Origin: an uncultured Spirochaetota bacterium
Lineage (GTDB): Bacteria > Spirochaetota > Spirochaetia > SZUA-6 > Fen-1364
Direction of reading: 5' to 3'
NCBI GenBank assembly: GCA_963820525.1
Contig: CAWGAA010000001.1
Coordinates: 1,152,001 to 1,216,000, forward strand
Length of the DNA stretch: 64,000 bases
Shown: positions 1 through 10,500 of the stretch, one piece after another
How the letters are laid out: each line of letters begins with the position of its first letter
How positions within the stretch are numbered: position 1 is the stretch's first letter
The notes under the pieces: generated by a model
Told to the model about the DNA's origin: nothing
Database searches by the model: none
What the model saw: only the letters and a program-made list of their open reading frames with translations
Made by a program: the position numbers and the translations under genes

Positions 1-1
1 G

Positions 2-49
2 ACGGCGTTCGACATGTGGGACAAGCTCGTCGGCGCGAAGATCAAGTAA
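2..49 (+). CDS. 3' end of probable ABC substrate-binding protein (partial, runs off window)
   Basis: Frame 2 reads TAFDMWDKLVGAKIK-stop, followed by a stem-loop and then the ATPase and permease genes. Confidence 0.55.
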   Translation, partial: TAFDMWDKLVGAKIK

Positions 50-123
50 CGATCCAGCGCATTTCAAGGGGGACGACGGAGGCGCACGCCGGCTCCGTTG
101 CCCCTCAAACTTTGAGGTCTTCC

Positions 124-1251
124 ATGAAGGATTTCACCCGATTCAGCATCAAGGACGTCACCAAAGAGTTCGTCGGCAAGACCGCCCTCTCGCGGTTCTC
201 CCTGGACATCTCCCACGGCGAGTTCGTCACCTTCCTGGGCCCGTCCGGATGCGGAAAGTCCACGGCGCTCAACTGCATTGCGGGGCTGCTTCAGATCACC
301 CACGGGGAGATCTCCATTGACGGGGAGCCCATTGACGATGGAAAGAAGAAGGTGCCCCCGGAGAAGCGCGAGTTCGGCATGGTGTTTCAAAACTATGCCC
401 TCTTCCCGCACCTCTCCGTGTTCGGCAACGTCGCCTTCGGGCTCAGCCTGCGAAAGCTGCCCAAGGCTGTCATCCGCGAAAAGGTCCTGACGGCGCTGAA
501 GTTGGTGCACCTGGAGGGTCACGAAAGAAAATTTCCCGCCCAATTGTCGGGCGGAGAACAGCAGAGGGTGGCCATTGCCCGATGCATCGTGCTCGAGCCG
601 CGGCTTCTCATGCTGGACGAGCCGCTATCTAATCTGGATGCCAAACTGCGCGTGGAGATGCGCAACGAGCTTCTGGCGCTGCATACGCGACTGAAGGTGA
701 CAACCATCTACGTCACTCACGACCAACAGGAGGCCCTTGCCCTCTCGGATCGCATCGTCGTCATGCGGCAGGGGCATATCCAGCAGGTGGGCACCCCCCA
801 GCAGGTGTACTCTGATCCCGCCAACCTGTTCGTGGCCGATTTCATGGGGTTCAAGAATATCTGGCAGGCTGAACTCGCTTCTCTCAAGGAGAGCGCCGGC
901 GGCCTCGAAGCCGAGGTAATCGTGAATGGAGTGAAGCTGCGCGCTCACCTGCGCTACCCCGCAGGGGACCCCCGGAGGGCCGCCCTTCTGGCCGCGTCCA
1001 AGGGTGACAGGAAGGTGAGAACCGCCATTCGGCCGGAAGACATCCGCGTGGGAAAGGCCGAGGGCGGCTCCCCCATGCAGGCGCAGGTTATGCTCGTGGA
1101 GTACCAGGGGCAGTCGAGCTCCGTGACCGCGCAGGCGAAAAACGATACCACCATCGAGCTTCGGCCCTCGACTTCCATGAGGACCGGAGATCCCATTGAG
1201 CTTACCATCGCGCCGGAGAGCGTGTTCGTGTTCGCGGACACCCAGGGGTGA
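124..1251 (+). CDS. ABC transporter ATP-binding protein, PotA/FbpC-like
   Basis: Walker A GPSGCGKS, signature LSGGEQQR, Walker B LMLDEP, H-loop YVTHD, TOBE-like C-terminus; ATG at 124. Confidence 0.92.
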   Translation: MKDFTRFSIKDVTKEFVGKTALSRFSLDISHGEFVTFLGPSGCGKSTALNCIAGLLQITHGEISIDGEPIDDGKKKVPPEKREFGMVFQNYALFPHLSVFGNVAFGLSLRKLPKAVIREKVLTALKLVHLEGHERKFPAQLSGGEQQRVAIARCIVLEPRLLMLDEPLSNLDAKLRVEMRNELLALHTRLKVTTIYVTHDQQEALALSDRIVVMRQGHIQQVGTPQQVYSDPANLFVADFMGFKNIWQAELASLKESAGGLEAEVIVNGVKLRAHLRYPAGDPRRAALLAASKGDRKVRTAIRPEDIRVGKAEGGSPMQAQVMLVEYQGQSSSVTAQAKNDTTIELRPSTSMRTGDPIELTIAPESVFVFADTQG

Positions 1252-1254
1252 GGC

Positions 1255-2112
1255 ATGAATAAAGGACTACGAGGCGCCGGCTTTCTCCTGCTCCTGCCCG
1301 CCCTTTTATTCGTCTTCCTTCTGTTCCTGTATCCCTTCCTCTATGGGCTGTTTCTCAGCTTCACGGACGCCGGCGGCGCCCCCACCCTCTCCAACTACGC
1401 GCGGTTCTTCCTGGATTCATGGGAGGCCCGCACGATCTGGGTCACGCTCTGGATCTCCGTTCCCGCCACCCTCATCAACGTGGTCCTCGCCATTCCCTTC
1501 GCCGTCTTCATGCGCCATGGGATGCGCGGAGAGAAGGTGGTCACGTTTTTCCTGATCGTCCCCCTCACCCTCGGGACCGTGCTGGTCTCCGAGGGAATGC
1601 TCACCTATATGGGACCCAACGGGTGGCTCAACCAGCTTCTCCAGGCCATCCACCTAGCCAGGGCCCCCATCAGATTCACGCATAACTACCTCGGGGTCCT
1701 GATCTCACTGGTCATCCAGGGCTTCCCGTTCGCGTTCCTCATGATTCTGGGGTACGTCTCCGGAATCAACCCGGATCTAGAAAAGGCAAGCCGGATGCTC
1801 GGCGCCTCGCGGCTTCAGACTTTCGCCAGGGTGCTGTTTCCGCTCATGGTGCCGGGAATCGCCATCTGCTTCTGCCTGAACTTCGTCATGGCTTTTTCGG
1901 TGTTTCCGTCCGCCATGCTCCTGGGCCAACCGTCGGGCCCCACCCGCGTCATCGCCATCGCGGCCTGGCAGTGGGCCTTCGAAAAGTTCGATTTCAACGC
2001 CGCCTCTGCCATTTCCATGATCATGGCGGCCATCGAGCTTGTCGTCATCTCCCTGGTCCTCGTGTGGCGCAACAGGATGTACAAAGGCGCATCCATGGTC
2101 GGAAAGGGATAG
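1255..2112 (+). CDS. ABC transporter permease (PotB-like)
   Basis: About 6 TM segments; EAA-type loop LEKASRMLGAS. Confidence 0.9.
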   Translation: MNKGLRGAGFLLLLPALLFVFLLFLYPFLYGLFLSFTDAGGAPTLSNYARFFLDSWEARTIWVTLWISVPATLINVVLAIPFAVFMRHGMRGEKVVTFFLIVPLTLGTVLVSEGMLTYMGPNGWLNQLLQAIHLARAPIRFTHNYLGVLISLVIQGFPFAFLMILGYVSGINPDLEKASRMLGASRLQTFARVLFPLMVPGIAICFCLNFVMAFSVFPSAMLLGQPSGPTRVIAIAAWQWAFEKFDFNAASAISMIMAAIELVVISLVLVWRNRMYKGASMVGKG

Positions 2113-2116
2113 GCAC

Positions 2117-2935
2117 ATGCAGGGGAAAAGACTCACGCTGGGCGGGGTGTTCTTCATCCTCGCCATGATCGTCTACGTGGGAAACGTCCTGGGGATACTC
2201 TTCACGGTCATTCTCAACTCGGCATCCAAGGGCTGGTATTCAGGGATCCTTCCCAAGTTCCTGACGGGAGAGTGGTACGTCTACGTTGCGGCGGAGCACG
2301 ATATCGCCAACCTGCTCCAGGTCACCTTCATCGTGGCCATTGCCGTGGTTGCCATTTCCATCTTGATCGCCTTTCCCGCCGCCTATGTCCTCAGCCGCAC
2401 GGACTTCAGGGGAAAGGCGGCGCTCCTCTCCCTCTTTCTGCTTCCCATGATCGTGCCGCCCATGACCTATGGAATTCCCCTGGCCATGGTGCTCTACAAG
2501 TTTCATCTGGCCGCACGGGTGACGGGTGTGATCCTTGCCAACCTCGTTCCGATAGTCCCGTTCGTGATTCTCATCCTGATGCCGTTCATAGAGCAGGTGG
2601 GAGCCAATCTGGAATCCGCCGCGCAGATGCTGGGCGCGCGCCGCTTGACCATTTTCAGAAAGATCCTCGTTCCGCTGACCCTGCCCGGGATTCTCACCGC
2701 GGGGATCCTCTCCATCGTGAAGACGATATCGATGTTCGAGCTTACCTACCTGGTTGCCGGAGGGAAGTCCCAGACCATCGTCGTCGCGCTCTACGCCGAT
2801 GCGTATGCCGCCGGAGCGCGCCCCCCGCAGGCGGTGGACGCGCTGGCCGTCATCTACTTCCTCATCACGATGGTGTGCCTCATCATTGCGCTTCGATTCG
2901 TCAGCCCCACGCAGATGGTGTTCAAGATCAAGTAG
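2117..2935 (+). CDS. ABC transporter permease (PotC-like)
   Basis: TM segments; loop LESAAQMLGAR; ATG at 2117 just after the previous stop. Confidence 0.9.
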   Translation: MQGKRLTLGGVFFILAMIVYVGNVLGILFTVILNSASKGWYSGILPKFLTGEWYVYVAAEHDIANLLQVTFIVAIAVVAISILIAFPAAYVLSRTDFRGKAALLSLFLLPMIVPPMTYGIPLAMVLYKFHLAARVTGVILANLVPIVPFVILILMPFIEQVGANLESAAQMLGARRLTIFRKILVPLTLPGILTAGILSIVKTISMFELTYLVAGGKSQTIVVALYADAYAAGARPPQAVDALAVIYFLITMVCLIIALRFVSPTQMVFKIK

Positions 2936-3005
2936 GGCCGCCCATTCTCCAACGCGCGCCATCGGACCGGTGCGTGATTGGCGGCGCATCTCTTCGGCTC
3001 CCGGC

Positions 3006-3062
3006 TTGACCTCTTCTCTTTTATCTGTTACATTACACATTGTAATTTGTATTATTTCACAA
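3006..3062 (+). promoter_or_regulatory. Sigma70-type promoter of the recombinase with overlapping inverted repeat and dif-like site
   Basis: TTGACC(3006)-17 nt-TACATT(3029) with TGn extension; ATTACA-cat-TGTAAT (3032-3046); ACACATTGTAA-TTTGTA-TTATTTCACAA (3035-3062). Confidence 0.6.
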
Positions 3063-3080
3063 GAAAGAAGGAAAGGGGAT

Positions 3081-3983
3081 ATGGCGAAAAAGGCTTCGAA
3101 GAGCGGAGATACGGATCGGCTTCTCGCGGAGCTGGAGGCAATCCGGGACAGATACAGGCTCGACGTCAAGCAGTTCATCGGGTTTGTGAGAGAGAAAAAG
3201 CTCACGATCGTGGAAGGTCTCGGCCAATACGCGAAATGGCTGGATGAGGATCACGATGGCAAGCGGTACTCGCCGGCCACGGTCAACAGGAAGATAGCGG
3301 CGGCGAAAAGCAGGGTCCGCTATGCATTCAAGCACAGCGCGTATGCGGACAGCCTGCGCAAGAAGCACCAGTTGGAAGACGTCGTGAAGGCCGTGAAGCT
3401 GAAAACGATCGACACGATCGCGGTGCCGACCACGAAGGTGCTGAGCTTCGACCAGGTAAAAAAGCTGGTCGAGGGCACGAAGGACAAAACGGTCAGGCTC
3501 ATGGTTGCGTTTCTCTGCGGCACGGGCGTCAGGGTGTCTGAAATGCTGGGCATTCGGCTTTCGGATATAAAGACGGGCCGCGGCGAGTTTGTCCAAGTGC
3601 GAATCGTGGGAAAGGGCGCAAAGGAAAGGATGGTCCATGTAAAGAAGGAGTTCATAGACAGAACCAGGAAGCACTTCAACGGCTCGACATACCTTTTCGA
3701 GCATCAGGGCAGGCGCTTCAATAGAATATCCGTGACGAATCGGATCAAACACGAAGCCCTCAAGGCGATCGGAAGGGAAGTGACGGCTCATCAGCTCCGA
3801 CACACCTGGGCCACCATCCAGATTCGGCGGGGCAGAGACGTCAAAGCCGTTGCGGCGGTGCTCGGACACTCGGACCCCGGGTTGACGTTGCGGATGTACG
3901 ACAAGACGGGACTCAAGCCGGAAGAGGCTTTCCTGGACCTGGAAGAGAAGAAGCGCAAGAACGCTGAAAAGACCGGTGAATAA
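3081..3983 (+). CDS. Tyrosine recombinase/integrase (Xer-like, 300 aa)
   Basis: Catalytic set TGVRVSE (R), GKGAKER (K), HQLRH (HxxR), LGHS (H), RMY (Y); purine-rich RBS before ATG 3081. Confidence 0.92.
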   Translation: MAKKASKSGDTDRLLAELEAIRDRYRLDVKQFIGFVREKKLTIVEGLGQYAKWLDEDHDGKRYSPATVNRKIAAAKSRVRYAFKHSAYADSLRKKHQLEDVVKAVKLKTIDTIAVPTTKVLSFDQVKKLVEGTKDKTVRLMVAFLCGTGVRVSEMLGIRLSDIKTGRGEFVQVRIVGKGAKERMVHVKKEFIDRTRKHFNGSTYLFEHQGRRFNRISVTNRIKHEALKAIGREVTAHQLRHTWATIQIRRGRDVKAVAAVLGHSDPGLTLRMYDKTGLKPEEAFLDLEEKKRKNAEKTGE

Positions 3984-3990
3984 CGCCGGG

Positions 3991-4029
3991 AGCCCCTCGG
4001 AAAAAAGCTTTCAAGGCCGAGGGGCTTTT
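3991..4029 (+). terminator. Intrinsic terminator after the recombinase
   Basis: AGCCCCTCGG...CCGAGGGGCT 10-bp stem followed by a T run. Confidence 0.65.
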
Positions 4030-4075
4030 ACTGCCATCTACTATTCGCCCGTTGGATCGGGCATTGGAGGACAGC

Positions 4076-4954
4076 ATGTATTACTGGATTTTTGTGGGTA
4101 TCGTTGTTGTATTGTTCATTTTCTTCAACGGGATCAGGGTTGTGCGGCCGACCACGAGAGGCCTCGTGGAGAGGCTCGGGAAATACCGCCGGTTTGCCAA
4201 GCCTGGTTTCAATTGGATCATCCCGGTTATCGATCGACTCTACAAGATCAACATCACGGAGGTCATGGTAAACGCGGAGCCGCAGGAAATAATCACAAGC
4301 GACAAGCTGAATGCCAGTGTGGACGCCCAGGTCTATTTCAAGGTGAAAAGCGACGAGGAAAACGTGAAGAACTCCCAGTATGCCGTCAATAACTACAAGT
4401 ACCAGATCGTCAACCTTGCCAGAACCACTTTGCGCAACATCATCGGCACGATGACCCTCAAGTCCGCCAACAGCGAGCGCGGGATGATAAACAGCGAGCT
4501 GCAGAAGACATTACGCAGTGAAACGGGGCACTGGGGAATCGATATCGTCAGAACGGAATTGAAGGAGATCGATCCTCCCGAGGACGTTCAGGCGACGATG
4601 AACAAGGTGGTGAAGGCGGAGAACGAAAAGGTCGCGGCAATCGATTTCGCAACAGCCACGGAAACGATGGCAGACGGCGCGCGCAGGGCGGAGATCAAGA
4701 AGGCGGAAGGCGTCAGGCAGGCGAAGATCCTCGAAGCTGAAGGCGAAGCACAGGCGATCAAGCTCGTCAATGAAGCCGCGGACAAATATTTCGTCGGAAA
4801 CGCGCAGCTCTTGAGGAGGCTCATCGCGGTGGAAGCGGCGCTTTCTTCTAACGCAAAGATCGTGATTCCGGCGAACACGGAGCTCGTGAACGTGGTTGGG
4901 GAAATGGCCGGGATCCTGCCCTGGAAGAAGGAAGCGGCGCCGGCCAAGCCGTAA
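4076..4954 (+). CDS. SPFH/band 7 (stomatin/prohibitin) membrane protein
   Basis: N-terminal TM, LVERLGKY..PGFNWIIP, coiled-coil AE-rich repeats; GGAGG RBS. Confidence 0.9.
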   Translation: MYYWIFVGIVVVLFIFFNGIRVVRPTTRGLVERLGKYRRFAKPGFNWIIPVIDRLYKINITEVMVNAEPQEIITSDKLNASVDAQVYFKVKSDEENVKNSQYAVNNYKYQIVNLARTTLRNIIGTMTLKSANSERGMINSELQKTLRSETGHWGIDIVRTELKEIDPPEDVQATMNKVVKAENEKVAAIDFATATETMADGARRAEIKKAEGVRQAKILEAEGEAQAIKLVNEAADKYFVGNAQLLRRLIAVEAALSSNAKIVIPANTELVNVVGEMAGILPWKKEAAPAKP

Positions 4955-4987
4955 GGCTTGGCGCGGGCTATTCACCTGGATTGATGT

Positions 4988-5017
4988 GCCTTCCCGCAGC
5001 TTGCGCTGCGGGAAGGC
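4988..5017. terminator. Perfect 13-bp hairpin between convergent genes
   Basis: GCCTTCCCGCAGC-TTGC-GCTGCGGGAAGGC (GCAA loop on the minus strand). Confidence 0.6.
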
Positions 5018-5024
5018 GGTCAGT

Positions 5025-6287
5025 TCAGTTGGTCGCGAACCGCGGCGCGGACCGGCGGGCGGGGCCGCAGCGGAATCCCCGGCCTCGGGGCTGCTGCTGT
5101 CCTCGGCCGCGCCTGAAATCGCCCGGGACCGGCGCTTGCCCTGGCTTCTTTGCCAAGGGCGCTGTGGTGTAGTCGAATCCTTCTGCCTTTTGCCGCGGCA
5201 GGCGCTTTCCCAGGGCACGCTCGATGGCGGCGAAGTCCTTCTCCTCCTCGGGGGAGACCAGGGTGTATGCGTCACCCGTCAGCTGGGCGCGCGCCGTGCG
5301 GCCCACCCGGTGGATGTAGTCGTCGGGCTGGTGGGGCACATCGAAGTTCACCACCGAGCCCAGCGCTTCGATGTCGATGCCGCGCGCGGCGATGTCGGTC
5401 GCGACGAGCACCCGGAAGCTGCCTTTCTTGAAGCCGGCAAGAGCGGCGGTGCGCTGCGACTGGCTGCGGTTGCCATGGATTCGCGCGCACGGCACTCCTT
5501 TCTTGTCCAGGAAATTCGCGAGTCTGTCGGCGCGATGCTTGGTCCGCGTGAATATCAGCACGCTTCCCGATATGTCCCGACAGAGGAGCTCGAGGAGAAG
5601 GTCCGACTTTCGCTCCGATGAGACGGGGAACACGGCGTGCGAGACGCCGGTTGCCGGGGCAGGCTTCCGGTCGATGTTGATCCGCGCGGGGTCGCGGAGC
5701 AATTCCCGCGACAGCTCGACGATCGCGGGGGGAAGCGTTGCGGAGAAGAACAGGGTCTGGCGGTCTTCCGGAATCGCGGCCAGCACCCTTTTGATGTCGG
5801 GCAGGAATCCCATGTCGAGCATGCGGTCCGCCTCATCGAGCACGAGGTGCTCGAGGCTGGAGAAGTCGGCGTGAGGGCCGCGAAGGTGATCCAGGAGCCT
5901 GCCGGGGCAGGCGATGATCACGTCAACGCCCTTTCGAAGCGCCCGCTGCTGGCCGCCCATGCCCACCCCGCCGTACACGGCGGCGCAGGTCAGGCGCGTT
6001 CCGACTGCAAGCTGCTGGAAGTGCTCCGCTATCTGCGCCGCGAGCTCGCGCGTGGGCGCGAGCACCAGCGCCCGGGTGGCGCCGCGCTGGCGAGGAAGAA
6101 GCCGATTCATGATCGGAAGGAGGAACGCGGCCGTCTTGCCGCTGCCCGTCTCGGCGCTCGCCAGGACGTCCCGTCCCGCGAGCGCGGGAGGGATCGCGGC
6201 CAGCTGAATGGGGGTGGGCCGATCGAAGCCCATGCGCTCGACCGAGGCACGGAGCGGCTCCGAGAGTGAAAGCTGTGAAAAACTCAT
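5025..6287 (-). CDS. rhlE: DEAD-box RNA helicase (RhlE-like)
   Basis: Q motif PTPIQ, AETGSGKT, PTRELA, DEAD, SAT, ARGID, HRVGRTAR; basic C-terminal tail. Confidence 0.9.
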   Translation of the reverse strand: MSFSQLSLSEPLRASVERMGFDRPTPIQLAAIPPALAGRDVLASAETGSGKTAAFLLPIMNRLLPRQRGATRALVLAPTRELAAQIAEHFQQLAVGTRLTCAAVYGGVGMGGQQRALRKGVDVIIACPGRLLDHLRGPHADFSSLEHLVLDEADRMLDMGFLPDIKRVLAAIPEDRQTLFFSATLPPAIVELSRELLRDPARINIDRKPAPATGVSHAVFPVSSERKSDLLLELLCRDISGSVLIFTRTKHRADRLANFLDKKGVPCARIHGNRSQSQRTAALAGFKKGSFRVLVATDIAARGIDIEALGSVVNFDVPHQPDDYIHRVGRTARAQLTGDAYTLVSPEEEKDFAAIERALGKRLPRQKAEGFDYTTAPLAKKPGQAPVPGDFRRGRGQQQPRGRGFRCGPARRSAPRFATN

Positions 6288-6429
6288 TATGATCCTTTAC
6301 AAGGTCCGGCAGGTGTGAGTGGATGTTCGGTGGAATCGCCGGTGAGGCCGCCGCGAGGACTTGAAAGGCCCTGTACACTCGTTTGCTGATCAGTCAGGCC
6401 CCGCGGGGCGGTGCGCTTGATCTGAAAGC

Positions 6430-6458
6430 AATGTACAGGCTATGAGGATCAATGTCAA
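6430..6458 (-). promoter_or_regulatory. Sigma70-type promoter of the DEAD-box helicase (about 135-nt 5' leader)
   Basis: Minus strand TTGACA-17 nt-TACATT. Confidence 0.65.
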
Positions 6459-6477
6459 CCCGCAGGTACGTGTCCTC

Positions 6478-6657
6478 CAAGAGTCAACGCTCACGCTCTT
6501 CGCGTTCCAGAAGCTCAAGGATCACAACACCGCGGATCTGCTGCCGGCAAAGCCGATGGTCCAGAAGTGGTGGAAGTACATGGCGGACATCATGGACTCC
6601 AACCCGGACAACTCTCCCGTCTGCGTTCCGCTCAACGAAGTGTTTCACATGGACTGA
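6478..6657 (+). pseudogene. rhaM: L-rhamnose mutarotase C-terminal remnant
   Basis: TLTLFAFQKL...VQKWWKYMADIMDSNPDNSPVCVPLNEVFHMD resembles the RhaM C-terminal half; the N-terminal ~45 aa are absent. Confidence 0.75.
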
Positions 6658-6783
6658 AGCAGGTCCACCCGGCGATCTGCCGCCTCTTTTATCGAGAATC
6701 GCTACCGCACTGCCGGCGATAGCCCAGCATGCCCGGCCCCCGTTTTTTCCGTGGTTGATTCCAACCGCCAGGCTCAAAGAGGC

Positions 6784-7347
6784 TTATTGCGCCGTTGTGA
6801 TTGCGCTTCTGTTTCTTTCCCGGTTCTTCTCGATTTCCTTCCAGAAACCGATGGCGACGGGTACGGCGAGCAGCGCGGCCGTTGAAAAAAGGAGATCTAC
6901 GCTGTTTATCGTCCCCGTCTGCGTGTGAGGATACAAGTACCCCGCGTAGCCCACCGCCGCGGCAGCCGCGATTCCTCCCGCCATCGTGATGAGAACGTCC
7001 GTGAATCGGGGGTCTCCGAACCCCGTCGAGTCGAGGATCTCTTTCGACACCCCGGCGACCAAGGCCGCTGAGAGAGCCACCGCGGGAAGATAAAGGGGAT
7101 TCTCCCCCGCGAACTGCGGGTCCGTAACGCTCTGGAAGATTCCCGCGAACGCAAGCCCCGCGGCCATTCCGCCCAGAAAATGAAGGTATTTGCCGGAAGT
7201 TGGAGGAACTTCATCCGGTGAAAGCGCGATGAGCGGACTCGACGCCGTGTCCGCCGGCACGGAGTTGGCGGTGAGCAAAAGCGCGGCGATCAGAAGCGGA
7301 AGGCGCGCCACAGCAAATAGGATACAGCAGATAACGGCCAGCAGCAA
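6784..7347 (-). CDS. Hypothetical membrane protein (YfiM/VanZ-like motifs)
   Basis: KYLHF...AGVSKEILD...DVLITMAGG pattern and hydrophobic helices; start uncertain. Confidence 0.55.
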   Translation of the reverse strand: MLLAVICCILFAVARLPLLIAALLLTANSVPADTASSPLIALSPDEVPPTSGKYLHFLGGMAAGLAFAGIFQSVTDPQFAGENPLYLPAVALSAALVAGVSKEILDSTGFGDPRFTDVLITMAGGIAAAAAVGYAGYLYPHTQTGTINSVDLLFSTAALLAVPVAIGFWKEIEKNRERNRSAITTAQ

Positions 7348-7516
7348 AGGGCGCTTCCGCTCGCCAGGCCCAGGAGGCGGCCTCCTCCCCGCCAGTCCTT
7401 GCGCCGTGGGTGAAGATGCACTACGCTCTAGGCAACAGCGAAGGAGAAGCCGAGGGGATCAATCAGCGGGGAGCCGCTGCGGCGAGAAAAAGCGGCCTCC
7501 GGTGATTGCGAGTTCA

Positions 7517-10500
7517 ATGCGTAGTCCAATCAAACCACATCGAGCGGCCGGGCTTTCGGAAAAGATAGATCCTCCCATCGGCAATCGCCGACACACCATC
7601 GGGTTCCTCTTCGGCGACTTCTACGGAGCCTATACGGCGAATCTGTTCTCCACCGTGATGAAGGCGTGCAGGGAGTACGGCCAGAACATCGTCGGTTTTG
7701 GAGGAGGGTTCCTCAAAAGCCCGGGCGGAGCCGTCCTCGGTGAAAACTGCAATTTCATCTACGATCTGGCGGGCAGGGAGAATATCGACGGATTGATCGT
7801 CGAGGGATCGATTGGCAACTTCATCTCGAAAAAGGAGATGGATCGGTTCCTGCAAAAATACGCGGGCATTCCGATTGTCAACATCGGAACGAACATCGAA
7901 GGGGTCAACAATATCCTCATCGACAACAAGAAGGGTATGCGGGATCTTGTCACCCACATGATCGAATACCATGGGCATAAAAAGCTCGCGTTCATGACCG
8001 GGACGGATGGCAACTGGGATGCAATCCAGCGGTTCGAGGCGTATGAGGAGGTCCTGCGCTGCCACGACATCGCCGTGGATTACAATCGGATCGTCAACGG
8101 GAACTTCAGCTATTTCGGCGGGGGGCAGGCTTTCCAGACCCTGTGGGAGGAAAGAAAGGCCGACTTCGACGCGCTCCTGTGCGCGAACGACTACATGGCG
8201 ATCAGCGCCATGAATGAGATGCGCAAGCGCGGATTGAAAATACCCGAGACCGCGGCCATCACCGGGTTCGACGACACCGAGGAATGCTGGACCACCAAGC
8301 CGATCCTCACCACCGTGAAGCAGCCCTTTTATGACGTCGGCCAGGAAAGCGTCAAGATGCTGCTGGCGCTCTTGGAGGGCAGGAAAGTGCCGGCACAGGT
8401 CACCCTGCCTGCCGAGCTCGTCATCAGGGAATCGTGCGGCTGCAAAGCGGTGGATACATTGAGCCACATCATGGGCAACGGGCTTTCGAAGAAACGCAAA
8501 GCGCGCATCGCCGGAAACGGACGAAAGGGATTCATCGACGAGCTTCGAAAGACGATGGAGGATGAGCTTCCCTCTCTGAAGAACAAGATCGACTTGCAGC
8601 GCTGGCTGAAGGACCTGGTGGATTGCTATTGCGATGTCGCCGCGGGGAAAGACGGCAACCGCCTGTTCGAGAGCTTTGTGGCGATGTTGCGAAGATTCAT
8701 CGACAGCAACGAGGAAATAATAACGATCTATCGGTTCATATCGATTTTCTTCGGCGGCCTGATACGTCGCTTCATCCCCGCAGAAGAGCGGGAAGCCGCG
8801 CTCGTGCTGTGGAACGAAACGGATGTCTTGTTCGGATTGCTGATAAAGGAGGATCTATCCGAAAAGAAGGCCACGTTGAAGCTGGAATCCCACGTTGTGT
8901 TCGACATCAACGAGAGCTTCATCAACACATTCGACATGGAAAAGCTGAAGGAAGTGATCCTTGACAATCTTCCCTCTTTCCAGTTCAAGAGCTTTTTTGC
9001 GTGCCTGTTCGATGATCCGGATCGGGAAACTTCGAGAATCCTCTTATCGTACGATAAGAACCGGTCCGAAAACGTGAGCGAAGGTCCCTTCCCGTCAAAA
9101 TACCTGCTGCCCGGCAAAATAAACAGGAGCAAGCCGTTCGAGTACGTCGTCATGGCGTTGAATTTCAAGGACGAGTACTTCGGCTACATCCTCTACGATA
9201 TCCAGACTCTCGCCACCTTCATCTATGAAACCCTGTCCGTGCAAATCAGCGGCGCCATCAAAGGGGCGCGGCTCACCAACGAGCTCACCGAATACGCGAC
9301 GCAGCTCGAGACCAAGGTGAAGGAGCGGACCGCGAAGCTCGAGGACGCGAACGAAAAGCTGAAGAAGCTCGACGAGCTGAAGAACGACTTCATCGCGAAC
9401 ATCACGCACGATTTCAGATCTCCGCTGACGGCGATCCTCAACATCGCCGATCTTGCCCTGCGGTTCAACGAAAACCTGGATGAGGAGAGCCGGGAAAGCT
9501 ACAGCGTAATCTACAAGGCCTCGCTGAGGTTGAAGAGCTCCATCGACAAGCTCCTGGAGCTCGCGAAAATGGACGCCCACGGGATCAAGCTGAAGGTGAG
9601 GCCCGTAGAGCTTGCGGCCTTCATGAACAAGATGCTGGATTTCTATTCCTCCTCCGTCATCGGCAGCGAGATACGGATCGTGCGGAAGCTGCCGGAAAAG
9701 GAGATCGCGAACTTCTATACCGATGCGGAGAAACTGCAGGAAATAATCGACAATATAATCTCCAACGCGATCAAGTTCGTGAACCCGACCGGAGGGCTCA
9801 TCACGTTCGAACTGGAGGAGGAGAAAGACGTCGTCTTGATCAGCGTATCCGACAATGGCATCGGGATAAACAAAAAGAAGCTGGAAACGATATTCAACAG
9901 GTTCGAGCAGGCCCACGACGGGAGAAACAGCCCCTATCGAGGAACGGGAATCGGACTGGCATTCTCGAAGCAGCTTGTCGGCTATCTCAAGGGGAGGATA
10001 TGGGCGGAGTCCGAAGGGGAAGGGAAGGGCGCGAAATTCACCGTTGAGCTTGAAAAGGGAAAACACATCTTCGACGAGAAGGACTTCAGCGACGAGGAGA
10101 TGGGGCAGGGAAAGCGTGAAGAAGCCAAGGCATTGATAGAAACCGACATCGGAATGAAATTGAGCGAAGAGAAAGTCGTGACCTATTTCACGGACCCGAA
10201 GAAAGAGAACGAAACGGACTACAAGAAAGGCATAATCCTGATCATCGATGACGACAGAAACGTCAGGGAAATAGTCCTGAAGTATCTGAAAAGCAACGGC
10301 TACATGAATTTCATCGCAGCCTCGGATGGGAAGCTGGGGCTCGAAGCCGTGTTCGCGCATTCCCCCGACATCATTCTCTGCGACTATAACATGCCGAACA
10401 TGAAGGGAGACGAGTTTCATAACGAGCTCGCGGATAACCCGAAGTACAAAGAGATCCCGTTCGTCTTCCTGTCTGCCATCGCGGACGAGAACCTGATCAT

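Noticed and set aside
2754..3080. N-terminal extensions of ORFs (recombinase; also 7190, 12337, 20437, 33627, 35548, 41179, 63157)
   Set aside because: They overlap neighbouring genes or promoters; RBS or -10 placement and domain boundaries favour downstream starts
3081..6657. Recombinase as an integron integrase or the edge of a prophage/ICE
   Set aside because: No IntI-type insertion evident, no attC-like array, tRNA, att direct repeat or phage/conjugation genes; neighbours look like ordinary chromosomal genes
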